Shown here one piece after another: positions 40,863 through 53,100 of a stretch of DNA of 64,000 nt. The notes under the pieces were generated by a model. It searched no databases. It saw nothing but the letters and a program-made list of their open reading frames with translations, and was not told the origin of the DNA. The translations under genes and the position numbers were made by a program. Location of the stretch: the NCBI GenBank assembly GCA_032718475.1, contig JAUCBJ010009089.1, positions 959-64,958 of the forward strand. The letters run 5' to 3'. The number at the start of each line of letters is the position of its first letter. The first letter of the stretch is position 1. The DNA comes from Nemertoderma westbladi (lineage: Eukaryota > Animalia > Xenacoelomorpha).

Positions 40863-41250
40863 GGAAGCAGGACAATTCGGTCCCGGACAATTCGGTCCGG
40901 ACAATTCGGTCCCGGACAATTCGGTCCCGGACAATTCGGTCCCATTAATTTTATGTTTTGGGATCGAATTGTCCGGGACCGAATTGTCCGGGACCGAATT
41001 GTCCGGGACCGAATTGTCCGGATACTGACTAGGACAATTCGGTCCCGGACAATTCGGTCCCGGACAATTCGGTCCTAGGACAATTCGGTCCTAGGACAAT
41101 TCGGTCCCTGACAATTCGGTCCCGGACAATTCGGTCCCATTTATTTAGTGTTTTGGGACCGAATTGTCCGGGACCGAATTGTCCGGGACCGAATTGTCCG
41201 GACCGAATTGTCCTGGACCGAATTGTCCGGGACCGAATTGTCCTACATCC
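40863..41250. mobile_element. Mutator-type MITE built from inverted arrays of a 15-bp unit
   Basis: 9-bp TSD GGCCATTTT (40854-40862 and 41251-41259). Ends GGAAGCAGGACAATTCGG / CCGAATTGTCCTACATCC. GGACAATTCGGTCCC arrays run forward, reverse, forward, reverse. Confidence 0.85.
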
Positions 41251-41252
41251 GG

Positions 41253-41734
41253 CCATTTTAGGTTTATATAATATACTCCAAGCCATACTTACAAGTCTTC
41301 CTCATCTTACATACCTTGTGCGGTATTTCTGTTTTTTTAGTTTATTTCCCTGATGATGCCCCTAGTGGGAGAAATTAATTGGATTGTATAATAAAACAGA
41401 TAGAGTCGGGCGTAAAGAAACTCCTTTATTTCTCAGTCAGTGCACGAAATGCATTGTCGCGCCCTGAAGCCGGCTTGCCGTTTGATTAATAACTTTAATA
41501 TGATAGATGTCTGGCTATGAGTAAAATGCAATGACTTCACATATATATGTCTTAAGTCAAATGTGAATGAGCTACAAGTACGTTAAAGCACCAATATTAA
41601 CATTATGTGAAGAAAACCTTTGTATTCATTCAGACTGGCCCACATTGACTATTATAGGGTCTTCTCCGTTTTTTCAGAATCAATATGCCTAAAATGATCT
41701 ATGGCTATGAGTAAAGGGTAACAGTATAACATAA
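41253..41734. repeat. Head segment of the composite macro-repeat, copy 1
   Basis: Near-identical to 56202-56684 (offset 14949 bp). Confidence 0.95.
41346..41384 (+). ncRNA. Minimal type I hammerhead-ribozyme-like motif, copy 1
   Basis: TCC-CTGATGA-T-GCCC-CTAGT-GGGA-GAA-ATTAAT-T-GGA. Both conserved core boxes, a stem II with a mismatched closing pair, a palindromic stem III and a 3-bp stem I. Confidence 0.5.
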
Positions 41735-42503
41735 GGGCTATCGTCCCCAACACCCCCACTCCGTTTCTTGGGGGCTATCGTCCCCAACACCCCCACATCT
41801 TTTCTTGGGAGCTATTGTCCCCAACACCCCCACTTCTTTTCTTGGGGGCTATCGTCCCCAACACCCCCACTTCTTTTCTTGGGGGCTATCGTCCCCAACA
41901 CCGCCACTTCTTTGCTTGGGGGCTATCGTCCCCAACACCCCCACTTCTTTTCTTGGGGGCTATCGTCCCCAACACCCCCACTTCTTTTCGTGGGGGCTGT
42001 CGTCCCCAACACCCCCACTTCTTTTCTTGGGGGCTATCGTCCCCAACACCCCCACTTCTTTTCTTGGGGGCTATCGTCCCCAACACCCCCACTTCTTTTC
42101 GTGGGGGCTATCGTCCCCAACACCCCCACTTCTTTTCTTGGGGGCTATCGTCCCCAACACCGCCACTTCTTTGCTTGGGGGCTATCGTCCCCAACACCCC
42201 CACTTCTTTTCTTGGGGGCTATCGTCCCCAACACCCCCACTTCTTTTCGTGGGGGCTGTCGTCCCCAACACCCCCACTTCTTTTCTTGGGGGCTATCGTC
42301 CCCAACACCGCCACTTCTTTTCTTGGGGGCTATCGTCCCCAACACCCCCACTTCTTTTCTTGGGGGCTATCGTACCCAACACCCCCACTTCTTTTCTTGG
42401 GGGCTATCGTCCCCAACACCCCCACTTCTTTTCTTGGGGGCTATCGTCCCCAACACCCCCACTTCTTTTCTTGGGGGCTAGCGTTTTCTTTTTTCTTGGG
42501 GAC
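41735..42503. repeat. 37-bp satellite, about 20 copies
   Basis: Unit TTGGGGGCTATCGTCCCCAACACCCCCACTTCTTTTC. Confidence 0.97.
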
Positions 42504-43398
42504 CACAAACAATTGTCGCAATATTATGACAGCCACAAAAAAATATCGTAATGTTGTGACAGTCACAAACAATTGTCGCAAGGTTGTGACAGCCACAAAC
42601 AATTGTCGTAATGTTGTGACAGCCACAAACAATTGTCTTAATGTTGCGACAGCCACAAACAATTGTCGTAATATTGTGACAACCACAAACAATTGTCGTA
42701 ATGTTGTGACGGCCACAAACAATTGTCCGAATGTTGTGACAGCCACAAACAATTGTCGTAATGTTGCGACAGTCACAAACAATTGTCGTAATATTGTGAC
42801 AGCCACAAAAAATTGTCGTAATGTTGTGACGGCCACAAACAATTGTCCGAATGTTGTGACAGCCACAAACAATTGTCGTAATGTTGCGACAGCCACAAAC
42901 AATTGTCGCAATATTCTGACAGCCACAATCAATTGTCACAATGTTGTGACAGCCACAAACAATTGTCGCAATGTTGTGACAACCACAAACAATTGTAGCA
43001 ATATTGTGACAGCCACAAAGAACTGTCGTATTATTGTGACAGCTACAAACAATTGTCGTAATATTGTGACAGCCACAATCAATTGTCACAATGTTGTGAC
43101 AGCCACAAACAATTGTCGTAATATTGTGACAGCCACAATCAATTGTCACAATGTTGTGACAGCCACAAACCATTGTCGTAATGTTGCGACAGCCACAAAC
43201 AATTGTCGTAACATTGTGACAGCTACAAACAATTGTCGTAATATTGTGACAGCCACAATCAATTGTCACAATGTTGTGACGGCCACAAACAATTGTCCAA
43301 ATGTTGTAACAGCCACAAACAATTGCCGTAATATTAGAATTAATCTTCAAATAAACTTTTAAATTTATCATCAAAATAATATAAGTGTGTAAATGTAC

Positions 43399-43527
43399 CT
43401 CTTTATCAGCGGTGGGTTCATCGAGCAGATCAAGATCGCTTGTGCAGATCGGTTGCTTATCAGGAGCAGCAGAGCCACCCAATATCAACGGAATATTATC
43501 CGTTATGTCGTCAATTTCTTCGTTAAA
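43399..43527 (-). other. 129-nt exon-like segment in the spacer cassette (also 44962-45090, 46763-46891, 48805-48933, 53280-53413, 55029-55157, 63732-63860)
   Basis: ATTTTTTCTAG acceptor and GAG|GTA donor, phase 0-0. Reads FNEEIDDITDNIPLILGGSAAPDKQPICTSDLDLLDEPTADKE. Preceded 83 nt upstream by ACCATG|GTAAG. Confidence 0.5.
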
Positions 43528-46500
43528 CTAGAAAAAATATAGATACATTGGATTGTGTTAATAAACAATGCTTGCAGGTTTGCAAAAAGTAACTCTTGCA
43601 AACCTCTTACCATGGTAGTTTCACACACAAAATCTCACAGCTAAAACTAACTGTGTTGGGACACTAACAAAATTTTCCGAATATTGTGACAGCCACAATC
43701 AATTGTAGTAATTTTGTGACAGCCACAAACAATTGTCTGAATGTTGTGACAGCCACAAACATTTGTCGCAATGTTGGGATTGCCACAAACAATTTTCCGA
43801 ATGTTGTGGCAGCCACAAACAATTGTCGCAATGTTGTAACAGCCACAAACAATTGTCCGAATGTTGTGATAGCCACAAACAATTGTCGTAATGTTGTGAC
43901 AGCCACAAACAATTGTAGTAATGTTGTGACAGCCACAAGCAATTGTCGCAATATTGTGACAGCCACAAAAAATTGTCGTAATGTTGTGACAGTCACAAAC
44001 AATTTCAGAATGTTGTGACAGCCGCAAACAATTGCCAGAATGTTATGACAGCCACAAACAATAGTCGTAGTTTTGTGATACGCACAAACAATGGAGAAAT
44101 TCTGTATCAGCCACGAACAACTGCTGTGTTGCAGTATGCCGTGCAACCGGGACAGCTACAAACAATTTTCGTAATGTTGAGACAGCCATAAACAATTGTC
44201 GTAGTATTGTGACAACCACAAACAATTGTCGTAATGTTGTGACGGCCACAAACAATTGTCCGAATGTTGTGACAGCCACAAACAATTGTCGTAATGTTGC
44301 GACAGTCACAAACAATTGTCGTAATATTGTGACAGCCACAAAAAATTGTCGTAATGTTGTGACGGCCACAAACAATTGTCCGAATGTTGTGACAGCCACA
44401 AACAATTGTCGTAATGTTGCGACAGCTACAAACAATTGTCGCAATATTCTGACAGCCACAATCAATTGTCACAATGTTGTGACAGCCACAAACAATTGTC
44501 GCAATGTTGTGACAACCACAAACAATTGTAGCAATATTGTGACAGCCTCAAACAATTGACGCCATGTAATGACAGCCACAAAGAATTGTCGTAATATTGT
44601 GACAGCTACAAACAATTGTCGTAATATTGTGACAGCCACAATCAATTGACACAATGTTGTGGCAGCCACAAACAATTGTCGTAATATTGTGACAGCCACA
44701 ATCAATTGTCACAATGTAGTGACAGCCACAAACCATTGTCGTAATGTTGCGACAGCCACAAACAATTGTCGTAACATTGTGACAGCTACAAACAATTGTC
44801 GTAATATTGTGACAGCCACAATCAATTGTCACAATGTTGTTACGGCCACAAACAATTCTCCAAATGTTGTAACAGCCACAAACAATTGCCGTAATATTAG
44901 AATTAATCTTCAAATAAACTTTTAAATTTATCATCAAAATAATATAAGTGTGTAAATTTACCGCTTTATCAGCGGTGGGTTCATCGAGCAGATCAAGATC
45001 GCTTGTGAAGATCGGTTGCTTTTCAGGAGCAGCAGAGCCACCCAATATCAACGGAATACTATCCGTTATGTCGTCAATTTCTTCGTTAAACTAGAAAAAA
45101 TATAGATACATTGGATTGTGTTAATAAACAATGCTTGCAGGTTTGCAAAAAGTAACTCTTGCAAACCTCTTACCATGGTAGTTTCACACACAAAATCTCA
45201 CAGCTAAAACTAACTGTGTTGGGACACTAACAAAATTTTCCGAATATTGTGACAGCCACAATCAATTGTAGTAATTTTGTGACAGCCACAAACAATTGTC
45301 TGAATGTTGTGACAGCCACAAACATTTGTCGCAATGTTGGGACTGCCACAAACAATTTTCCGAATGTTGTGGCAGCCACAAACAATTGTCGCAATGTTGT
45401 AACAGCCACAAACAATTGTCCGAATGTTGTGACAGCCACAAGCAATTGTCGCAATATTGTGACAGCCACAATCAATTGTAGTAATTTTGTGACAGCCACA
45501 AACAATTGTCTGAATGTTGTGACAGCCACAAACATTTGTCGCAATGTTGGGACTGCCACAAACAATTGTCCGAATGTTGTGATAGCCACAAACAATTGTC
45601 GTAATGTTGTGACAGCCACAAACAATTGTAGTAATGTTGTGACAGCCACAAGCAATTGTCGCAATATTGTGACAGCCACAAAAAATTGTCGTAATGTTGT
45701 GACAGTCACAAACAATTTCAGAATGTTGTGACAGCCGCAAACAATTGCCAGAATGTTATGACAGCCACAAACAATAGTCGTAGTTTTGTGATACGCACAA
45801 ACAATGGAGAAATTCTGTATCAGAACCAACAACTGCTGTGTTGCAGTATGCCGTGCAACCGGGACAGCTACAAACAATTTTTGTAATGTTGAGACTGCCA
45901 CAAACAATTGTCGCAATGTTGTGACAGCTACAAACAATTTTCGTAATGTTGAGACAGCCACAAACAATTGTCGCAATGTTGTTACAGCTACAAACAATTT
46001 TCGTAATGTTTTGAAAGCCACAAACAATTGTCGTAATGTTGTGACTGCCACAAACAATTGTCGTAATGTTGTGACAGCCACAAACAATTGTCTCAATAAT
46101 GTGACAGCCACAAACAATTGTTGCAATATTGTGACAACCACAAACAATTGACGCAATGTAATGACAGCCACAAAGAATTGTCGTAATATTGTGACAACCA
46201 CAAACAATTGTCGTAATGTTGTGACGGCCACAAACAATTGTCCGAATGTTGTGAGAGCCACAAACAATTGTCGTAATGTTACGACAGTCACAAACAATTG
46301 TCATAATATTGTGACAGCCACAAAAAATTGTCGTAATGTTGTGATGGCCACAAACAATTGTCCGAATGTTGTGACAGCCACAAACAATTGTCGTAATGTT
46401 GCGACAGCCACAAATAATTGTCGCAATATTCTGACAGCCACAATCAATTGTCACAATGTTGTGACAGCCACAAAGAATTGTCGCAATGTTGTGACAACCA

Positions 46501-47005
46501 CAAACAATTGTAGCAATATTGTGACAGCCTCAAACAATTGACGCAATGTAATGACAGCCACAAAGAATTGTCGTAATATTGTGACAGCTACAAACAATTG
46601 TCGTAATATTGTGACAGCTACAAACAATTGTCGTAATATTGTGACAGCCACAAAAATTGCAGGAATGTTGTAACAGCCACAAACAATTGCCGTAATATTA
46701 GAATTATTCTTCAAATAAACTTTTAAATTTATCATCAAAATAATATAAGTGTGTAAATTTACCTCTTTATCAGCGGTGAGGTCATCGAGCAGATCAACAT
46801 CGCTTATGCAGATCGGTTGCTTATCAGGAGCAGCAGAGCCACCCAATATCAACGGAATATTATCCGTTATGTCGTCAATTTCTTCGTTAAACTAGAAAAA
46901 ATATAGATACATTGGATTGTGTTAATAAACAATGCTTGCAGGTTTGCAAAAAGTAACTCTTGCAAACCTCTTACCATGGTAGTTTCACACACAAAATCTC
47001 AGAGC

Positions 47006-47105
47006 NNNNNNNNNNNNNNNNNNNNNNNNNNNNNNNNNNNNNNNNNNNNNNNNNNNNNNNNNNNNNNNNNNNNNNNNNNNNNNNNNNNNNNNNNNNNNNN
47101 NNNNN
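47006..47105. other. Assembly gap (100 N)
   Basis: Run of N inside the repeat, so copy numbers across it are unreliable. Confidence 0.99.
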
Positions 47106-50100
47106 AACTGTGTTGGGACACTAACAAAATTTTCCGAATATTGTGACAGCCACAATCAATTGTAGTAATTTTGTGACAGCCACAAACAATTGTCTGAATG
47201 TTGTGACAGCCACAAACATTTGTCGCAATGTTGGGACTGCCACAAACAAGGCAGCCACAAACAATTGTCGCAATGTTGTAACAGCCACAAACAATTGTCC
47301 GAATGTTGTGATAGCCACAAACAATTGTCGTAATGTTGTGACAGCCACAAACAATTGTAGTAATGTTGTGACAGCCACAAGCAATTGTCGCAATATTGTG
47401 ACAGCCACAAAAAATTGTCGTAATGTTGTGACAGTCACAAACAATTTCAGAATGTTGTGACAGCCGCAAACAATTGCCAGAATGTTATGACAGCCACAAA
47501 CAATAGTCGTAGTTTTGTGATACGTACAAACAATGGAGAAATTCTGTATCAGCCACGAACAACTGCTGTGTTGCAGTATGCCGTGCAACCGGGACAGCTA
47601 CAAACAATTTTCGTAATGTTGAGACAGCCATAAACAATTGTCGAAATGTTGTGACAGCTACAAACAATTTTCGTAATGTTTTGAAAGCCACAAACAATTG
47701 TCGTAATGTTGTGACAACGACAAACAATTGTCTCAATATTGTGACAGCCACAAACAATTGTCGCAATATTGTGACAGCCACAAAATATTGTCGTAATGTC
47801 GTGACAGTCACAAACAATTTCAGAATGTTGTGACAGCCGCAAACAATTGTCAGAATGTTATGACAGCCACAAACAATAGTCGTAGTTTTGTGATACGCAC
47901 AAACAATGGAGAAATTCTGTATCAGAACCAACAACTGCTGTGTTGCAATATGCCGTGCAACCGGGACAGCTACAAACAATTTTTGTAATGTTGAGACTGC
48001 CACAAACAATTGTCGCAATGTTGTGACATCTACAAACAATTTTCGTAATGTTGAGACAGCCACAAACAATTGTCGCAATGTTGTTACAGCTACAAACAAT
48101 TTTCGTAATGTTTTGAAAGCCACAAACAATTGTCGTAATGTTGTGACAGCCACAAACAATTGTCGTAATGTTGTGACAGCCACAAACAATTGTCTCAATA
48201 ATGTGACAGCCACAAACAATTGTTGCAATATTGTGACAGCCACAAACAATTGACGCAATGTAATGACAGCCACAAAGAATTGTCGTAATATTGTGACAAC
48301 CACAAACAATTGTCGTAATGTTGTGACGGCCACAAACAATTGTCCGAATGTTGTGAGAGCCACAAACAATTGTCGTAATGTTACGACAGTCACAAACAAT
48401 TGTCATAATATTGTGACAGCCACAAAAAATTGTCGTAATGTTGTGATGGCCACAAACAATTGTCCGAATGTTGTGACAGCCACAAACAATTGTCGTAATG
48501 TTGCGACAGCCACAAATAATTGTCGCAATATTCTGACAGCCACAATCAATTGTCACAATGTTGTGACAGCCACAAACAATTGTCGTAATGTTGCGACAGC
48601 CACAAACAATTGTCGTAATATTGTGACAGCTACAAACAATTGTCGTAATATTGTGACAGCTACAAACAATTGTCGTAATATTGTGACAGCCACAAAAATT
48701 GCAGGAATGTTGTAACAGCCACAAACAATTGCCGTAATATTAGAATTATTCTTCAAATAAACTTTTAAATTTATCATCAAAATAATATAAGTGTGTAAAT
48801 TTACCTCTTTATCAGCGGTGAGGTCATCGAGCAGATCAACATCGCTTATGCAGATCGGTTGCTTATCAGGAGCAGCAGAGCCACCCAATATCAACGGAAT
48901 ATTATCCGTTATGTCGTCAATTTCTTCGTTAAACTAGAAAAAATATAGATACATTGGATTGTGTTAATAAACAATGCTTGCAGGTTTGCAAAGAGTAACT
49001 CTTGCAAACCTCTTACCATGGTAGTTTCATACACAAAATCTCACAGCTAAAACTATCTGTGTTGGGACACTAACAAAATTCTCCGAATATTGTGACAGCC
49101 ACAATCAATTGTAGTAATTTTGTGACAGCCACAAACAATTGTCTGAATGTTGTGACAGCCACAAACATTTGTCGCAATGTTGGGACTGCCACAAACAATT
49201 ATCCGAATGTTGTGACAGCCACAAACAATTGTCGCAATGTTGTAACAGCCACAAACAATTGTCGTAATGTTGTGACAGCCACAAACAATTGTCCGAATGT
49301 TGTGACAGACACAAACAATTGTCGTAATGTTGTGACAGCCACAAACAATTGTAGTAATGTTGTGACAGCCACAAGCAATTGTCGCAATATTGTGACAGCC
49401 ACAACCAATTGTCGCAATATTATGACAGCCACATATAATTGTCGTAATGTTGTGACAGTCACAAACAATTTCAGAATGTTGTGACAGCCGCAAACAATTG
49501 CCAGAATGTTATGACAACCACAAACAATAGTCGTAGTTTTGTGATACGCACAAACAATGGATAAATTCTGTATCAGCCACAAACAACTGCTGTGTTGCAG
49601 TATGCCGTGCAACCGGGACAGCTACAAACAATTTTCGTAATGTTGAGACAGCCACAAACAATTGTCGCAATGTTGTGACAGCTGCAAACAATTTTTGTAA
49701 TGTATTAAAAGCCACAAACAATTGTCGTAATGTTGTGACAGCCACAAACAATTGTCGTAATGTTGTGACAGCCACAAAAAATTGTCTCAATATTGTGACA
49801 GCCACAAACAATTGTCGCAATATTGTGACAGCCACAAAAACTTGTCGTAATGTCGTGACAGTCACAACCAATTTCAGAATGTTGTGACAGCCGCAAACAA
49901 TTGTCAGAATGTTATGACAGCCACAAACAATAGTCGTAGTTTTGTGATACGCACAAACAATGGAGAAATTCTGTATCAGCCACGAACAACTGCTGTATTG
50001 CAGTATGCCGTGCAACCGGGACAGCTACAAACAATTTTCGTAATGTTGAGACAGCCACAAACAATTGTCGCAATGTTGTGACAGCTGCAAACAATTTTTG

Positions 50101-53100
50101 TAATGTATTAAAAGCCACAAACAATTGTCGTAATGTTGTGACAGCCACAAACAATTGTCGTAATGTTGTGACAGCCACAAAAAATTGTCTCAATATTGTG
50201 ACAGCCACAAACAATTGTCGCAATATTGTGACAGCCACAAAAACTTGTCGTAATGTCGTGACAGTCACAACCAATTTCAGAATGTTGTGACAGCCGCAAA
50301 CAATTGTCAGAATGTTATGACAGCCACAAACAATAGTGGTAGTTTTGTGATACGCACAAACAATGGAGAAATTCTGTATCAGCCACGAACAACTGCTGTA
50401 TTGCAGTATGCCGTGCAACCGGGACAGCTACAAACAATTTTCGTAATGTTGAGACAGCCACAAACAATTGTCGCAATGTTGTGACAGCTACAAACAATTT
50501 TCGAAATGTTTTGAAAGCCACAAACAATTGTCGTAATGTTGTGACTGCCACAAACAATTGTCGTAATGTTGTGACAGCCACAAACAATTGTCGTAATGTT
50601 GTGACAGCCACAAAAAATTGTCTCAATATTGTGACAGCCACAAACAATTGTCGCAATATTGTGACAGCCACAAAAACTTGTCGTAATGTCGTGACAGTCA
50701 CAACCAATTTCAGAATGTTGTGACAGCCGCAAACAATTGTCAGAATGTTATGACAGCCACAAACAATAGTCGTAGTTTTGTGATACGCACAAACAATGGA
50801 GAAATTCTGTATCAGCCACGAACAACTGCTGTATTGCAGTATGCCGTGCAACCGGGACAGCTACAAACAATTTTCGTAATGTTGAGACAGCCACAAACAA
50901 TTGTCGCAATGTTGTGACAGCTGCAAACAATTTTTGTAATGTATTAAAAGCCACAAACAATTGTCGTAATGTTGTGACAGCCACAAACAATTGTCGTAAT
51001 GTTGTGACAGCCACAAAAAATTGTCTCAATATTGTGACAGCCACAAACAATTGTCGCAATATTGTGACAGCCACAAAAACTTGTCGTAATGTCGTGACAG
51101 TCACAACCAATTTCAGAATGTTGTGACAGCCGCAAACAATTGTCAGAATGTTATGACAGCCACAAACAATAGTGGTAGTTTTGTGATACGCACAAACAAT
51201 GGAGAAATTCTGTATCAGCCACGAACAACTGCTGTATTGCAGTATGCCGTGCAACCGGGACAGCTACAAACAATTTTCGTAATGTTGAGACAGCCACAAA
51301 CAATTGTCGCAATGTTGTGACAGCTACAAACAATTTTCGAAATGTTTTGAAAGCCACAAACAATTGTCGTAATGTTGTGACTGCCACAAACAATTGTCGT
51401 AATGTTGTGACAGCCACAAACAATTGTCTCAATATTGTGACAGCCACAAACAATTGTCGCAATATTTTGACAGCCACAAAAAATTGTCGTAATGGTGTGA
51501 CAGTCACAAACAATTGTCGCAATATTGTGACAGTCACAAACAATTGTAGCAATATTGTGACAGCCACAAAAATTGTCGTAATGTTGTGACAGTCCCAAAA
51601 AATTTCAGAATGTTGTAACAGTTGCAAACAAATGCCGGAATGTTGTGACAGCCACAAACAAATGTTGTAGTTTTGTGATACGCACAAACAATGGAGGAAT
51701 TCTGCATCAGCCACAAACAACTGCAGTGTAGCAGTCTGCCGTGCAACCGGGACAACTACAAACAATTGTCGGAATGTTAAGACAGCCACAAACAATTGTC
51801 GCAGTATTGTGACAGCTACAAACAATTGTCGTAATGTTGTGACAGCCGCGTACAATTGCCGGAATGTTGTGACAGCTACAAAAAATTGTCGAAATGTTGT
51901 GACAGCCACAACAAATTGTCGCAATGTTGTGACAGCCACAAACAATTATCGCAAGGTTGTGACAGCCACAAATAATTGTCGTAATGTTGTGACAGCCACA
52001 AACAATTGTCGTAATATTGTGACAGCCGCAAACAATGGTCGAAATGTTGTGATAGCCACAAAAAATTGTCGCAATGCTGTGACAGCCACAAACAATTGTC
52101 GCAAGGTTGTGACAGCCACAAACAATTATCGCTCGGTTTTGACAGCCACAAACAATTGTCGTAATGTTTTGACAGCCACAAACAATTGTCGTAATATTGT
52201 GACAGCCGCAAACAATTGTCGGAATATTGTGACTGCAGAAAACAATTTTCGTAACGTTGTGACAGCCACACACAATTGTCGTAATATTGTAACAGCCGCA
52301 AACAATTGTCGGAATGTTGTGACAGCCACAAACAATTGTCGTAATGGTGTGACAGCCACAAATAATAGTCGTATTGTTGTGATAGCTACAAACAATTTAC
52401 GGAATGTTGTGACAGCCGCAAACAATTGCCGGATTGTTGTGACAGCCGCAAAAAATTGTCGTAATGTTGTGACAACCACAAACAATTGTCGTAATGTTGT
52501 GACGACCACAAACAATTGTCCGAATGTTGTGACAGCCACAAACAATTGTTGTAATTTTGCGACAGCCACAAACAATTTTCGTAATATTGTGACAGCTACA
52601 AACAATTGTCGTAATGTTGTGACGGCCACAAACAATTGTCCGAATGTTGTGACAGCCACAAACAATTGTCGTAATGTTGTGACAACCACAAACAATTGTC
52701 GTAATGTTGTGACGGCCACAAACAATTGTCCGAATGTTGTGACAGCCACAAACAATTGTCCAAATTTGCGACAGCCACAAACAATTGTCGTAATATTGTG
52801 ATAGCCACAAAAAATTGTCGCAATATTCTGACAGCCACAATCAATTGTCACAATGTTGTGACAGCCACAAACAATTGTCGCAATGTTGTGTCAACCACAA
52901 ACACTTGTAGCAATATTGTGACAGCCTCAAACAATTGACGCAATGTAATGACAGCCACAAAGAATTGTCGTAATATTGTGACAGCTACAAACAATTGTCG
53001 TAATATTGTGACACCCACAATCAATTGTCACAATGTTGTGACAGCCACAAACAATTGTCGTAATGTTGCGACAGCCACAAACAATTGTCGTAATATTGTG

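Noticed and set aside
40670-41353. ORFs with GPNCP, RTIRS or TELSG repeats
   Set aside because: They are translations of the 15-bp MITE arrays.
41735-42503. Telomeric repeat (TTGGGG/CCCCAA)
   Set aside because: The hexamer occurs once per strand inside a 37-mer rather than in tandem, and the array is internal.
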